From: a virus
Strand: one strand, 5' to 3'
Virus record (IMG/VR): IMGVR_UViG_3300025030_000054
Coordinates: 41,688-105,687 of that record
DNA length: 64,000 nucleotides
Shown: positions 18,425-28,354 of the stretch, piece after piece
How the letters are laid out: each line of letters begins with the position of its first letter
Numbering within the stretch: the stretch's first letter is position 1
The notes under the pieces: model-generated
The model's input: only the letters and a program-made list of their open reading frames with translations
Told to the model about the DNA's origin: nothing
Databases searched by the model: none
Translations under genes and position numbers: made by a program

Positions 18425-20944
18425 TTGATTGTAGCAAAGATAGGCAGCAAAGTAAACTTGTTGATACTTTACGATTCTCCGCAACACCAAAACTGGATAA
18501 CTAAAGGAGAAGTTACCTCAGACGGACTTGGAAAATTCTATACAGACGCAACTACACAAGCTGGTATAGATTTTAACGAGGTTGCTATTTGCTGCCTATC
18601 TGACGAGAAGGACGGAAAGGCAGCAGGGTTCAAAGCTAAAGAAGCATACATCCAAGAGCTGATAGAAGTCTATGCCCCCAACTTGATCTTGCTGCCTTCC
18701 TCAAAAGCATTTGAAATATTTATGGGAATGAAAGGAGCAAGTAAATTTTACGGGAGAGTTCTGTACAACGAGAAACATAACTGTAAAGTAATAACTATGC
18801 CTCCTCACTCTATGCTTGTTTACAAACCAGACATTCAGCCTCTGATAACTTCCTCTCTGAGAACCGTTAAAGTAGAAATGGACTTTCCTGAGTTAAGAGA
18901 AGAAGAACGGCCCGACAAGCAGTATGTAATGATTGACACTATAGCCAAATTTAGATCAATGTTTAGGTTCTACAAAGAAAACGTATTTAGCTTCGCTATA
19001 GATACTGAAACAACGAGCCTTAGATTTAACAGCGGAAAAGTTATCCTCATTCAGTTGAGCCACAAAGATCATTTTGGGGCAGCGATACCAACTCCCGATT
19101 ACGGAGCTAAGTGGGCTGATGAAGAGTGGGCCGAAATAGTTGCAGGGCTTAAAGAACTTATAGAAGACGTTAGGAGGGAGAAACTCGTAGCTAATGGTTA
19201 CTTTGACTTTAAGTTTTTGGAACACTGTTACGATATTAAACTTCCGAAGGAAAATGTCTTCTGTGTGTTAATTGCGAGTTTTCTCTGTGATGAAAATCGG
19301 GAATCTCATTCTCTAAAATTCTGTGCGTCAACTCTCTTAGACGACAAAACCGCTGTCAACTATGAAGCCCCTTTAGATGACTTCAAAGACAAGTATTGCA
19401 AAGAACATAAAATCAAGAAGAGTGAGTTCACTTACGATTTAGTTCCACCGGATACCTTGTTTACTTATTCTTGCATGGATGTTGATTTCACATTTCAATT
19501 GGCAAGGTACTTTAAAGAAGAACTTAAAAAAGAAGAACAAGAACAGGTCTTTAAAGATGTAAGTTCTTATGCTTGGGCTTTGGCTAGGATTGAGCAAAAT
19601 GGCTGGAAGATTGACATGGAAGAAGCCCAAAGGTATAAAGAAGAACTAACCGGCAGGATAGCGGAGCTGGAAGAAAAAATTCAAGACCTAAATGAAATCA
19701 AAGCTGCTACTAAGGTCTTGTCTGCGGCAAAGTTAGTAGCTGAAAATGCTAAAAGAAAAACCAAATTAAAAGCACTTAAAGAGCCTCTCAAGTTTCTGGT
19801 AAGCAGTCCTAACCATAAACGTGTGCTTTTTAAAGACGTGCTTAGGTTCCCTGAAGTAAAGAAAACTAAGAAAGGTTCTTACGCAGTAGATAAAGAATGC
19901 TTTGCTATTTGGTGTGAAAAGTATCCTACAGTTCCTTCTATAAAAGTTATTAGAGAGTTGGAGGAACTTACTAAAATGCGTAATACATATGTGAACGCAT
20001 TGTTAGAAAAATCTGTAGACGGAAGAATTCACTGCTCCTACCGAGTAGCTTTTCCTAAAACGGGACGTATTTCAGCACTTTCGCCCAATCTCCAGAACAT
20101 TACAATGCACTCAGAAGAGAGTAAAAAACTCAGGAGATGTTTCACTGTAGACAAAGGAAACATGCTGGTACTTTCGGACCTCTCAAACGCGGAGCTGAGA
20201 CAGGTCGCTGCCATAAGCGGTGATGCAGTAATGAGCGAAGGCTTTAAAAATGGACAAGATCCCCACTCTACCACAGCAAAAAGTATTTTTAATCTTGAAG
20301 CGCCTGTTGAGGAAATTAAAGAAAAGTTCAACGAGTATAGACAGCTAGGTAAAGTCCTAGGCTTCTCTGCACTTTACGGCGGAGGTGGTTCTCTGATTGC
20401 TAAACGGGCTAACATTGAGGTCGAGGAAGCAGAAAGGCATCTGTCGGAATACTTTAGAAAACATTCTGGAATTGCCCAACTCTTTAAAGACAACACAGCT
20501 TTCGCCAAAGAACACGGTTACGCGGTTGCAATCTCAGGTAGACGTAGAAGGGTTCCGTACATCAATTCGGAAGATAAATATTTGGTTCTGAGAGCAGAAA
20601 GACAAGCCAACAACTTCTTAATCCAGTCTGTTGCCTCGGACTGCATGTTAAAATCCATTGTAAATATGATTACCGAGATTGATGAACTCAACCTCCCTAT
20701 TAAACTCATCAACGTGATCCACGACAGCGTTGAAACGGAAGTGCCTGAGTACTACGTCAACGAAGCCGCAGCATTCATAAAGAGGCATCTGGAAGTCTGG
20801 CATTTTGGGTTGAACCCAGGATTTGACATGAAGTGTGACGTTGAGGTAGGTTATACGTGGGCCGATCTTGGTGCTTACAAAGAAGAGAGTTATGCTGAAC
20901 TTGCTGTAGAAATCGACCCAGAACAAGAGGAGGAAGAAGAATGA
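18425..20944 (+). CDS. polA: Family A DNA polymerase with 3'-5' exonuclease and N-terminal UDG-like domain
   Basis: AAGGAGG plus TTG 18425; DTETT, NGYFD, YSCMD; TGRIS, PNLQNI, DLSNAELR, R..GK..GF..LYG, IHDS. Confidence 0.93.
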   Translation: MIVAKIGSKVNLLILYDSPQHQNWITKGEVTSDGLGKFYTDATTQAGIDFNEVAICCLSDEKDGKAAGFKAKEAYIQELIEVYAPNLILLPSSKAFEIFMGMKGASKFYGRVLYNEKHNCKVITMPPHSMLVYKPDIQPLITSSLRTVKVEMDFPELREEERPDKQYVMIDTIAKFRSMFRFYKENVFSFAIDTETTSLRFNSGKVILIQLSHKDHFGAAIPTPDYGAKWADEEWAEIVAGLKELIEDVRREKLVANGYFDFKFLEHCYDIKLPKENVFCVLIASFLCDENRESHSLKFCASTLLDDKTAVNYEAPLDDFKDKYCKEHKIKKSEFTYDLVPPDTLFTYSCMDVDFTFQLARYFKEELKKEEQEQVFKDVSSYAWALARIEQNGWKIDMEEAQRYKEELTGRIAELEEKIQDLNEIKAATKVLSAAKLVAENAKRKTKLKALKEPLKFLVSSPNHKRVLFKDVLRFPEVKKTKKGSYAVDKECFAIWCEKYPTVPSIKVIRELEELTKMRNTYVNALLEKSVDGRIHCSYRVAFPKTGRISALSPNLQNITMHSEESKKLRRCFTVDKGNMLVLSDLSNAELRQVAAISGDAVMSEGFKNGQDPHSTTAKSIFNLEAPVEEIKEKFNEYRQLGKVLGFSALYGGGGSLIAKRANIEVEEAERHLSEYFRKHSGIAQLFKDNTAFAKEHGYAVAISGRRRRVPYINSEDKYLVLRAERQANNFLIQSVASDCMLKSIVNMITEIDELNLPIKLINVIHDSVETEVPEYYVNEAAAFIKRHLEVWHFGLNPGFDMKCDVEVGYTWADLGAYKEESYAELAVEIDPEQEEEEE

Positions 20945-21321
20945 TATTTTGTGAAAATTGTAAGCATCTCCTGTACCCAAATTACCTTAATTATTATCCA
21001 CCAGCAAATGTAAAGACAGTCTTTGTAGACCCGACTTATAAAGAAGATCCTGATCGTCATTTGCTACAAGAACGGAGAGAAGGTTATACCATTTCACCAA
21101 TCTGCAACCACTCACAGTGCTTTGAAACATCAACCAAAATAACTCCTGTAACTAAACTTATCACCAAAACTAGAATCAAAGGACAAGCGCAGCTAAACAG
21201 GCATAACAACTGTAGGTTCTTTGAGGCTAAAGAGACTAAGCCTATCAGCTATTCGGAAGGCGGTTCAGCAGCAATAGTAGAAGCGCCTAAGCAAAAGCCG
21301 CGGTACAAATTCTGGCTCTAA
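20941..21321 (+). CDS. Cys-containing hypothetical protein
   Basis: CENCKH...CNH..C...N.HNNC..F. Confidence 0.65.
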   Translation: MIFCENCKHLLYPNYLNYYPPANVKTVFVDPTYKEDPDRHLLQERREGYTISPICNHSQCFETSTKITPVTKLITKTRIKGQAQLNRHNNCRFFEAKETKPISYSEGGSAAIVEAPKQKPRYKFWL

Positions 21322-21349
21322 TTCAAGGGCACTATGAGGAGAACTAAAC

Positions 21350-21517
21350 ATGAGTAAAGTATTCGATATCTCAAAAACATGCATAGTGAAACCTATATTT
21401 GACGGCAGTAGCTTGTACGAATTTTCATGCGGACACTGTGTATTCATCGAAGGGAAATCAATTCTTTCCTTAGATAAGTGCCCTTTCTGTGATAAGCCAG
21501 TCAACTCGTTAACCTAG
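21350..21517 (+). CDS. Small zinc-finger-like protein (55 aa)
   Basis: GAGGAG RBS; CGHC...CPFC. Confidence 0.5.
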   Translation: MSKVFDISKTCIVKPIFDGSSLYEFSCGHCVFIEGKSILSLDKCPFCDKPVNSLT

Positions 21518-21660
21518 TATCATAAACTTAATTAACTCTTACTCAAAAGGTGGTGATAAAGTGTCAACAGTAGTACGGTGTGATAAGGAACGTTGTAAAT
21601 ATAACGACGAAGGAGAATGTGTGGCTCAGGTTATTGAACTAGACGAGGAGGGAACTTGCC

Positions 21661-21981
21661 TTGATTTCGAAAAATTTATCGGATAGCCGGGGTTCTTTTT
21701 TAAGGTCTGACACTAAATGCTGGATTAGTTCTAGTCTATTCTTCATGTGTATCGAGAAGCTTGGCCTCAATGAAAAGATCTATTATATTCCGTCTGGTAT
21801 TGAGTGTACCAACGAAGAACTTACATACTACGTGGATCATTTATTTGACGAACTAGGCCACTTAGAAATGCGTAAGGACTACTGGACAGAGACCGAAAAG
21901 GATGCTAGAAACTATGTGACTAAGATCGGCTTTGCATTGAGAAACTGGTCTAAGGAGGGATTCGGAGTGAAACTAATCTGA
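21661..21981 (+). CDS. Hypothetical protein
   Basis: GAGGAGGG RBS before TTG. Confidence 0.55.
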   Translation: MISKNLSDSRGSFLRSDTKCWISSSLFFMCIEKLGLNEKIYYIPSGIECTNEELTYYVDHLFDELGHLEMRKDYWTETEKDARNYVTKIGFALRNWSKEGFGVKLI

Positions 21982-22205
21982 TGGTATACTTAAATAGGTA
22001 TTGTGTAGGTTGCCGAAGGTTAATTCCAGAAGACACCAATAGCCCTATCTTAGTTATAGGACAGGCTACCGTAAAGTGGAATAAAAAACAACATAAACAC
22101 TCCGCTAAAACTGACGGAGAATACGACTGCTTCTGTGAAATCTGCGCAGGTAGAATGATGGAGCTTATTAAGGCTCAACGGGAAAAGGGAGTGAAGGTAC
22201 TATGA
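21981..22205 (+). CDS. Small zinc-finger protein
   Basis: CVGC...CEIC. Confidence 0.6.
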   Translation: MVYLNRYCVGCRRLIPEDTNSPILVIGQATVKWNKKQHKHSAKTDGEYDCFCEICAGRMMELIKAQREKGVKVL

Positions 22206-23164
22206 CAAATGTGTTAGTCCTAGACGTACTTAACTGCGCGTTTACTTTGAAGCATGTTAAAGAGAAAGACCCTCTGTGGCGATTCATAACAGACATTAGA
22301 AACATTATCAGTGCTAACAAAATTCAGAAATGTATCCTAGCAACTGATACAGGGCAGAGTCAGTTCCGTCTGTCAATGTATCCTCAGTATAAAGAAACAA
22401 GGCGGGCTAGAAGAGCATCTGCGACAGATGACGAGAAGAAGGAATTGCAGGAGTTCTTTGAGGTAGTTAATCAATTCAAAGATATGGCTCCTCTGTTTGG
22501 TATGGAAGTTGCTACTGTAGATAAAACTGAAGCAGATGACATTGTGGCTTACTTTGCAATTAATTCTGAGGTTGGCAACTACAAGGCTCATATTCTAAGT
22601 TCAGATACTGACCTCTTTCAGCTGCTCAGGCCAACAGTTGTTCAAAGGTCTTACGCAGAGAAAATGAAGCTGGGCGATACTGACATTCCGCCTCAGATAT
22701 GGATCACAGAAGACAGGTTTAAGGAAGTATTTCAAATGACTCCTGCACAATACATGGAAGCTAAATCTATCTCAGGCGATACAGGCGATAGTATTTATTC
22801 CCCTGAAGGCGTTGGGAAGGAGACTGGCTTCAAACTTATCAGGAAATATGGAAGCATCTCTGAGGTTGAAAAGAACGTAGACGAACTGGAAATTCCTAGG
22901 TTCTCTTCAAAAGGCAGGGAAGCACTTAAGAAAGATTTCTGGATGGTTCACCGGAATGTAGAACTGGTAAGCCTTCTCCACACACCTGAAACATTCCAGA
23001 AGATTTTTGGAGAGGGGTTATCTAAGCTAGAAGACATACTAGCTAGGGTAGATGAACCGCCAAAAGTTAACGAAGAAGCGTTGAAGGAATATTTGTTTGC
23101 GACTGGTAGGGTTAACGTCTACTACGATTTCGACAATTGGGTAAGGCCATTTTATGGGAGATAA
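22202..23164 (+). CDS. 5'-3' exonuclease / flap endonuclease (T5 D15-like)
   Basis: VLD..N, FR..MYPQYK..R, EADD, SSDTD, GDTGD, GVG. Confidence 0.92.
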   Translation: MTNVLVLDVLNCAFTLKHVKEKDPLWRFITDIRNIISANKIQKCILATDTGQSQFRLSMYPQYKETRRARRASATDDEKKELQEFFEVVNQFKDMAPLFGMEVATVDKTEADDIVAYFAINSEVGNYKAHILSSDTDLFQLLRPTVVQRSYAEKMKLGDTDIPPQIWITEDRFKEVFQMTPAQYMEAKSISGDTGDSIYSPEGVGKETGFKLIRKYGSISEVEKNVDELEIPRFSSKGREALKKDFWMVHRNVELVSLLHTPETFQKIFGEGLSKLEDILARVDEPPKVNEEALKEYLFATGRVNVYYDFDNWVRPFYGR

Positions 23165-23359
23165 GATGATTCCTGAACCACCACAACCGCCACCTATGCG
23201 TATCATTATAGAAGGAGTTGACCCAAGAATAACCAACCCACGAAAGTGCAGTAAGTGTGGGTCAAAGATGAAATGGCGAGGAATTTTTAAGAAAAGATGG
23301 GAATGTGGGTGTGGCAACGTAGAAGCATCTTAACTTCTAAATTAAAGGAGAATACTAAA

Positions 23360-23572
23360 ATGCAGCTAGTTATTGATTGGAATTACGACGAGTACGATTG
23401 TGAGGATTGTGGAATTACTGACTCTACGGGAGCCTATGCTACATTGGACGGAGAAATGGTTTTTAATAATCGAGCTTCAGCGAGTTGTTTTGGCGCTGTT
23501 TACGTTACCAGGGAAGAAGTTTTGGAAGCTGCTTTGAAGAAGTTGGGTGTGGAAATTATCGACAACTATTAG
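23360..23572 (+). CDS. Hypothetical protein
   Basis: AAGGAG RBS before ATG 23360; YDCEDCG. Confidence 0.6.
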   Translation: MQLVIDWNYDEYDCEDCGITDSTGAYATLDGEMVFNNRASASCFGAVYVTREEVLEAALKKLGVEIIDNY

Positions 23573-23581
23573 GAGGGCTAA

Positions 23582-23785
23582 ATGAACTGGCAAACTAGAG
23601 TGCTGGAAGACGGAAAAATAAAATTAGAAGGCTCTTCCTACGATGGAGCTGGGGCTGTGATATACACCAAAGCAGATAAAACGTGTGACCTATTTGAAAT
23701 AACTCAGTATGGTACAGCAGAACTCTTCTATAATAACTACCCATACCTTGTAGAAGCTGTTCAAGTAGCTGAATCTTGGACTTAA
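23582..23785 (+). CDS. Hypothetical protein
   Basis: AGGAGG RBS. Confidence 0.6.
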   Translation: MNWQTRVLEDGKIKLEGSSYDGAGAVIYTKADKTCDLFEITQYGTAELFYNNYPYLVEAVQVAESWT

Positions 23786-23804
23786 AAATAATTTAAAATA
23801 AAGC

Positions 23805-23833
23805 TTGACAAACTACCGACCATGTGATATACT
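23805..23833 (+). promoter_or_regulatory. Sigma70-type promoter for the SSB gene
   Basis: TTGACA-17 nt-TATACT with TG extension and AT-rich UP element. Confidence 0.78.
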
Positions 23834-23955
23834 GGGTCTTCAAATTGAGAAAAGGAGGTGATGCTTGTTGCTTGCTCGTTAAACCACTCCCAAAATAACT
23901 CTAACTTAACACTCTAACAATTACTCAAAACATTACTCTAAGGAGAATCACTCAA

Positions 23956-24828
23956 ATGGCTAAAACTACTAATGACAAAATTACCGCTGCATACGAAGAA
24001 ATGATGAACCTGCTTTCCCCCGAAGAACGTGCTGCGCTTAAGCAGATGACTGGTCAGGATCAGGGAGGCGGTGGTAGCAAAACTCCTATCGTCAAAATCA
24101 ACTATAGGGAGAAGACTGCACAGGACGGCACCAAGATCGCTAAAGGCAACTTCTGTGTTGGTCAGAAAAATGCTACGGTAGACGGTAAGACTGTCATGCT
24201 TACAGCTGGTACTGACTTGGGTTCTGAACTCACAGCCGTAATTCTTAAGAAAGGGCAACAGTTCAGTTTCTGGGATAATGATGCCAAGAAGCGTTGCAGC
24301 TCGCAGGTTATTTGTGAGCGTGGTGAGGTGCCTACCGGATATAATCTTAAAAATGTCTGCAACGATAAAAGCTGTCCTCGTCGTAAAGATGGAATTGACA
24401 AAGGTGATAAATGCACCTGTCAGTACGTGGTTTATCTTCGTCTCCCTGCTGGTACTAAACTGCCTGACGGGACACCTTGCGAAGTTGCTATGATGTACAT
24501 CAAGGGTAACTCTTACATGCCTTTCCAGACTTACATGGAAACTGAACTGAAGAGTATCCCGTCCATCGCTGTCAACACTATTCTGTCTACCGAAGAGTGC
24601 GAGCAGGGAGCCACTCTGTTTTACGAACTGAAATTTGCTAAAGGCGCTCCGGTTACTAAGGAAGTGTTCACTGAGAATTTTCAGATGGTAAGTGGCATTA
24701 ACAAGCAGCTCGTCGAATACAAAGAAGAGCAGGCTAAAAAGATGCTGGAAGGTCCGAAAGATTCTTCTGGCGGTAATTCTTACGGCAATGCTACTGTTGT
24801 TAATGACGAGGATAACATTGTCTGGTAG
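23956..24828 (+). CDS. Probable single-stranded DNA-binding protein (T5 D11 position)
   Basis: Directly upstream of the SbcD/SbcC pair, own promoter and terminator, acidic/aromatic C-terminus NDEDNIVW, Cys cluster. Confidence 0.65.
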   Translation: MAKTTNDKITAAYEEMMNLLSPEERAALKQMTGQDQGGGGSKTPIVKINYREKTAQDGTKIAKGNFCVGQKNATVDGKTVMLTAGTDLGSELTAVILKKGQQFSFWDNDAKKRCSSQVICERGEVPTGYNLKNVCNDKSCPRRKDGIDKGDKCTCQYVVYLRLPAGTKLPDGTPCEVAMMYIKGNSYMPFQTYMETELKSIPSIAVNTILSTEECEQGATLFYELKFAKGAPVTKEVFTENFQMVSGINKQLVEYKEEQAKKMLEGPKDSSGGNSYGNATVVNDEDNIVW

Positions 24829-24838
24829 ACTGGTAATT

Positions 24839-24852
24839 TAGGTAATTACCTA
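24839..24852. promoter_or_regulatory. 14-bp palindrome TAGGTAATTACCTA (copy 4)
   Basis: Perfect copy between the SSB stop and the terminator. Confidence 0.7.
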
Positions 24853-24855
24853 TTT

Positions 24856-24883
24856 AGGAGGGTTTCGGCCCTCCTTACTTTTT
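24856..24883 (+). terminator. Rho-independent terminator
   Basis: AGGAGGGT-TTCG-GCCCTCCT followed by TACTTTTT. Confidence 0.8.
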
Positions 24884-24904
24884 AACTGATAAGGAGACTA
24901 TAAA

Positions 24905-25234
24905 ATGTTTAGCATTTTCAACCGTAAGGTAGATAAGAAATTCAATGATGCTATTTTGGGGATTGGTAAGTACGTAACTAAATTTGAAGAAGCTGCTAAA
25001 GCCGCCGAGAAGGAGATTCAGGCAGAAGAAGATAAGCTAGGTAAAATCGTAGACCGCGCCGACGAAGCTACTGAAAAGGCTTACGAGTTGTACCGTCAAC
25101 TTGAAATCAAAGCGATTGAGAAAGTTGACGAAGCGACAGCTAAAGCAGAAGCCCGTAAAGCAGAACTTCTGGCTATTGTAAATAACGCTAAGGTAGTAGC
25201 AGAAAGTTATAAGAAAGTTTACCTGTCTAACTAA
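24905..25234 (+). CDS. Coiled-coil hypothetical protein
   Basis: AAGGAG RBS; Ala/Glu/Lys-rich. Confidence 0.7.
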   Translation: MFSIFNRKVDKKFNDAILGIGKYVTKFEEAAKAAEKEIQAEEDKLGKIVDRADEATEKAYELYRQLEIKAIEKVDEATAKAEARKAELLAIVNNAKVVAESYKKVYLSN

Positions 25235-25246
25235 CCGGATAACTAC

Positions 25247-26218
25247 ATGAATAGTAAATTCTTAGCTGTAGCAGATTGTCATTTCAAGTTTATCAACGGG
25301 GTAAACAAGACATGGCAACGAGCCAGATACAAAAAGTTCATAGATGATATAGTTGCTAAGTGTGTCGAAGAAGGCCTTATCCTCATAATTGCCGGAGACA
25401 CATTTGAGTCAATAAACCCTAAGAGAGACGAGCTAAAGACTTTTCTGTACTTCCTGCACTCCTTAGAAAAGAACAAGATAACTACTCTCTTAGTAAGTGG
25501 CAACCATGAGACGATTTCATCAGGCTGTAGTATTTTGGACTACTTAGAGCTGTCTAGGTTCTCTAACTTATACTACAGGAAAAATTACATAGCAAATGAC
25601 ACGACATATCATCTGGTAAATCACGATAGCATCCATTCTTACAAGCCAACTCTGAACAAGCACAACGTACTCATCTCACATTTCCGTTGCACAGTAAACA
25701 AATTTATAACCGAAGAAATTAACGTAGCTGAATTTACTAACCCCTATGATCTATGTATTGTAGGGGATATTCATTCTCCGTTTGATTTTGGCAATGTATG
25801 GTACTGCAACAATCCAATCAACAAAGAATTTGAAGCAGAACCTAACTGCGGTTATTTAGAAGTCAGAAGGAAACTTACAGGATGGGACGTTCAGCGAGTA
25901 CCTACATACTATCCTGCTTTGGTGTTTAAGAAGTGCAACGCTAAGGAGTATGATACGTTAGCTATTAAGGACACTGAAAACTTCTACAAAATAGAAGTGG
26001 CAGGTAGTCCTCAAGAGCTGCGTTTGGTACAACCTATTCCTAACTCCATTCTTCATAAAATTCCTTTAGTACCAGCTTCACTAAAGGTCGAAGAGGGAGA
26101 CTCCGAAATAGTTGGGAGCACTGGCGGGGAAGAAGGACTTATCAGCTACATGAAATCAATGAAATATTCAGATCAACTTGTGTCAGATATGCTAACTGAA
26201 TTGGGGAGGGAACTGTGA
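25247..26218 (+). CDS. SbcD/Mre11-like recombination nuclease subunit
   Basis: ADCH, AGDTF, GNHE, SHF, GDIH. Confidence 0.9.
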   Translation: MNSKFLAVADCHFKFINGVNKTWQRARYKKFIDDIVAKCVEEGLILIIAGDTFESINPKRDELKTFLYFLHSLEKNKITTLLVSGNHETISSGCSILDYLELSRFSNLYYRKNYIANDTTYHLVNHDSIHSYKPTLNKHNVLISHFRCTVNKFITEEINVAEFTNPYDLCIVGDIHSPFDFGNVWYCNNPINKEFEAEPNCGYLEVRRKLTGWDVQRVPTYYPALVFKKCNAKEYDTLAIKDTENFYKIEVAGSPQELRLVQPIPNSILHKIPLVPASLKVEEGDSEIVGSTGGEEGLISYMKSMKYSDQLVSDMLTELGREL

Positions 26219-28089
26219 TAGTATTCAAAAAGATAATCGCTAAGGACTGCTTTGCTTTTGAGTACTTGGAGTTCGATTTTATATCTGGAATTCATAGCAT
26301 TGTAGGAGTTAACGGAGCAAGTAAGACAAGTCTGCTTCTAGCACTGTCGCAAGGATTATTTAACAAGAACCCTAAGAACACAAGGATAGATGATGTATCG
26401 AATTACATTACAGGCCAGCCTTATGAAATTAAAATCTTCTTCGATAAAGACGGGGATCAATTTGAAATCACTAACTCCAGAAAAAGTGGAAGCATCAATG
26501 TCAAGGTTAATGGAAAGGACATTTCCCTCAAAACCATTCCACAAAATCTAGAGCTGATTAAAAGGATTATTGGAGACGAGTATTCGACGTTTATTAATGT
26601 AACTTACCAAGCCTCTGATTCAGCACTTGACTTGCTGGAGGAATCTAGTGATGCAGCTAGAAAGAACTTCATCAACAAGATTCTTAAGTTTGACGAGTTA
26701 GACGAGAAGCTGGCCAACTGTAAAGAGAAACTGAAAAGACTGAAACTGATCCACAAAGATAAGCAGGACCAGCTAAGTCAATGGCAAGGTAATTTGCTGC
26801 CAATGCGGGAAGTAGTTGAGAAGGTTGATACCACTAAGTTAATTGAAGAAGTAACTCTCAGACTAAAGGCAAGGGACTCAGCAGACTGGTACAGAAACGA
26901 CAGGTCTATTGCTAAGGTTGAAGAAGCCGCTAAAAGAAAAGCCTACAACGAGTACAAAAATGCAGTAGCTCAGATAGATATTGTAAGGGCTAAGTTAAGT
27001 GCTATTGAGGTGCCTTCTAGGAGTTCTGAGGTAGTTGAGAAAGAGCTTGCAAAATCAAATGAAGAATTAGCTAGGGTTAGATCTTCTTACAACGAGGCAG
27101 AAAATAAGCTAAGTGAACTTCAAGAGCCTGAGCTAACTTGTTCTAGATGTGGCCAGTCAGTAGCCGCAGAGCAAGCCCTCACGATGTATCAAGAAGATGT
27201 GGCTAAGTTTACTTCTCAGCTAAACGAAGCAAAGCAGGAAAAGATTAGGCTGTTAAATACCTTAAATGAACTCTTAGAACAAAAGAGAGTGTGGTCTGCT
27301 ATATCTGAGTTAAGCAGCAGGAAAGATATTCTAGAAAGTGCTTTGGTAGTTGTCGAAGAGGCTGATGAAACAAGTTATAACAAGGCTTGTGCTGACCATG
27401 ATTATGCTGTACAGAATTATCAAGAAGCCGTAGAAGCGCACACCAAAGCTACGAATGATCTGAATGCAGCAATTAGGCACAACGACATGTCAGCTATGAT
27501 GGAAAAGCTAAACAAGGAAGCGGCTGAGTCTAACAAACAAGCTACGGTAAGGATTAATAAACTCACTGAAGAACTACAAGAAGTAGAAAAGAGAATGGAC
27601 CTACTAGACAACTGGACGAGAATCCTTGGGCCTAATGGTTACAGAGTCCATAGCATGAGCCGGTTCCTTAAAGTGCTAAATCAGACTATGGATAAGTACG
27701 CAGATATCATTTCAGGTGGGAGGATTAAATGTACCTTCTATGTTACTGAAGAGGGTAAGGTAGACTTCTCCGTAGTGGACCCTGATAAGAAGGTGCCGTT
27801 TGCTAATTGGAGTAAGGGAGAGCAAGCTAGGGTTAAACTTGCATGTCTCTTTTCGGTCATTGAATTGTTGGAAGTTATGGGTTCTGCGAGTTACAATGTG
27901 TTAGTGCTTGATGAAATATTTAGTGCGCTGGACGATGAAGGAAAGGAGGGATTATTTGAGGTACTTTCTTATTTACGATCTAATGGTAAGTGCATCTACA
28001 CTATCAGTCACACACCTTTGGTCAATCCTGTGGTGTTCGACAGTGCTATTCAAGTGGTGAAGGAAAATGGATTGGCTAGGATAATTTAG
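26215..28089 (+). CDS. SbcC/Rad50-like ATPase subunit
   Basis: GVNGASKTS, zinc hook CSRC, signature WSKGE, VLDEIF.ALD, ISH. Confidence 0.92.
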   Translation: MIVFKKIIAKDCFAFEYLEFDFISGIHSIVGVNGASKTSLLLALSQGLFNKNPKNTRIDDVSNYITGQPYEIKIFFDKDGDQFEITNSRKSGSINVKVNGKDISLKTIPQNLELIKRIIGDEYSTFINVTYQASDSALDLLEESSDAARKNFINKILKFDELDEKLANCKEKLKRLKLIHKDKQDQLSQWQGNLLPMREVVEKVDTTKLIEEVTLRLKARDSADWYRNDRSIAKVEEAAKRKAYNEYKNAVAQIDIVRAKLSAIEVPSRSSEVVEKELAKSNEELARVRSSYNEAENKLSELQEPELTCSRCGQSVAAEQALTMYQEDVAKFTSQLNEAKQEKIRLLNTLNELLEQKRVWSAISELSSRKDILESALVVVEEADETSYNKACADHDYAVQNYQEAVEAHTKATNDLNAAIRHNDMSAMMEKLNKEAAESNKQATVRINKLTEELQEVEKRMDLLDNWTRILGPNGYRVHSMSRFLKVLNQTMDKYADIISGGRIKCTFYVTEEGKVDFSVVDPDKKVPFANWSKGEQARVKLACLFSVIELLEVMGSASYNVLVLDEIFSALDDEGKEGLFEVLSYLRSNGKCIYTISHTPLVNPVVFDSAIQVVKENGLARII

Positions 28090-28098
28090 GAGGAAATT

Positions 28099-28353
28099 AT
28101 GTGTGAGAAACAATATGGCGGCAGAAGTCCTTACGATGACCGCCCCTTTGGGGTACGAGAGACGGGTAGTAAAAAATCAACTAACTTGCTCAAAAAGACT
28201 TTTGGTTGGACAATGATAAGCATAGCAATTTCAATGTATGTGGTGACAGTTATCGTAGGACTTGGGGGAGGTTTTCTGGCAGTACTGATGGCTTTTGGGG
28301 TAGTTGTCTTCTTAGGGCTAATCTTCTGGGGCACTCACCTACTAACCAGCTAA
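28099..28353 (+). CDS. Small protein with two transmembrane segments
   Basis: AGGAGG RBS; hydrophobic C-terminal half. Confidence 0.65.
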   Translation: MCEKQYGGRSPYDDRPFGVRETGSKKSTNLLKKTFGWTMISIAISMYVVTVIVGLGGGFLAVLMAFGVVVFLGLIFWGTHLLTS

Positions 28354-28354
28354 C

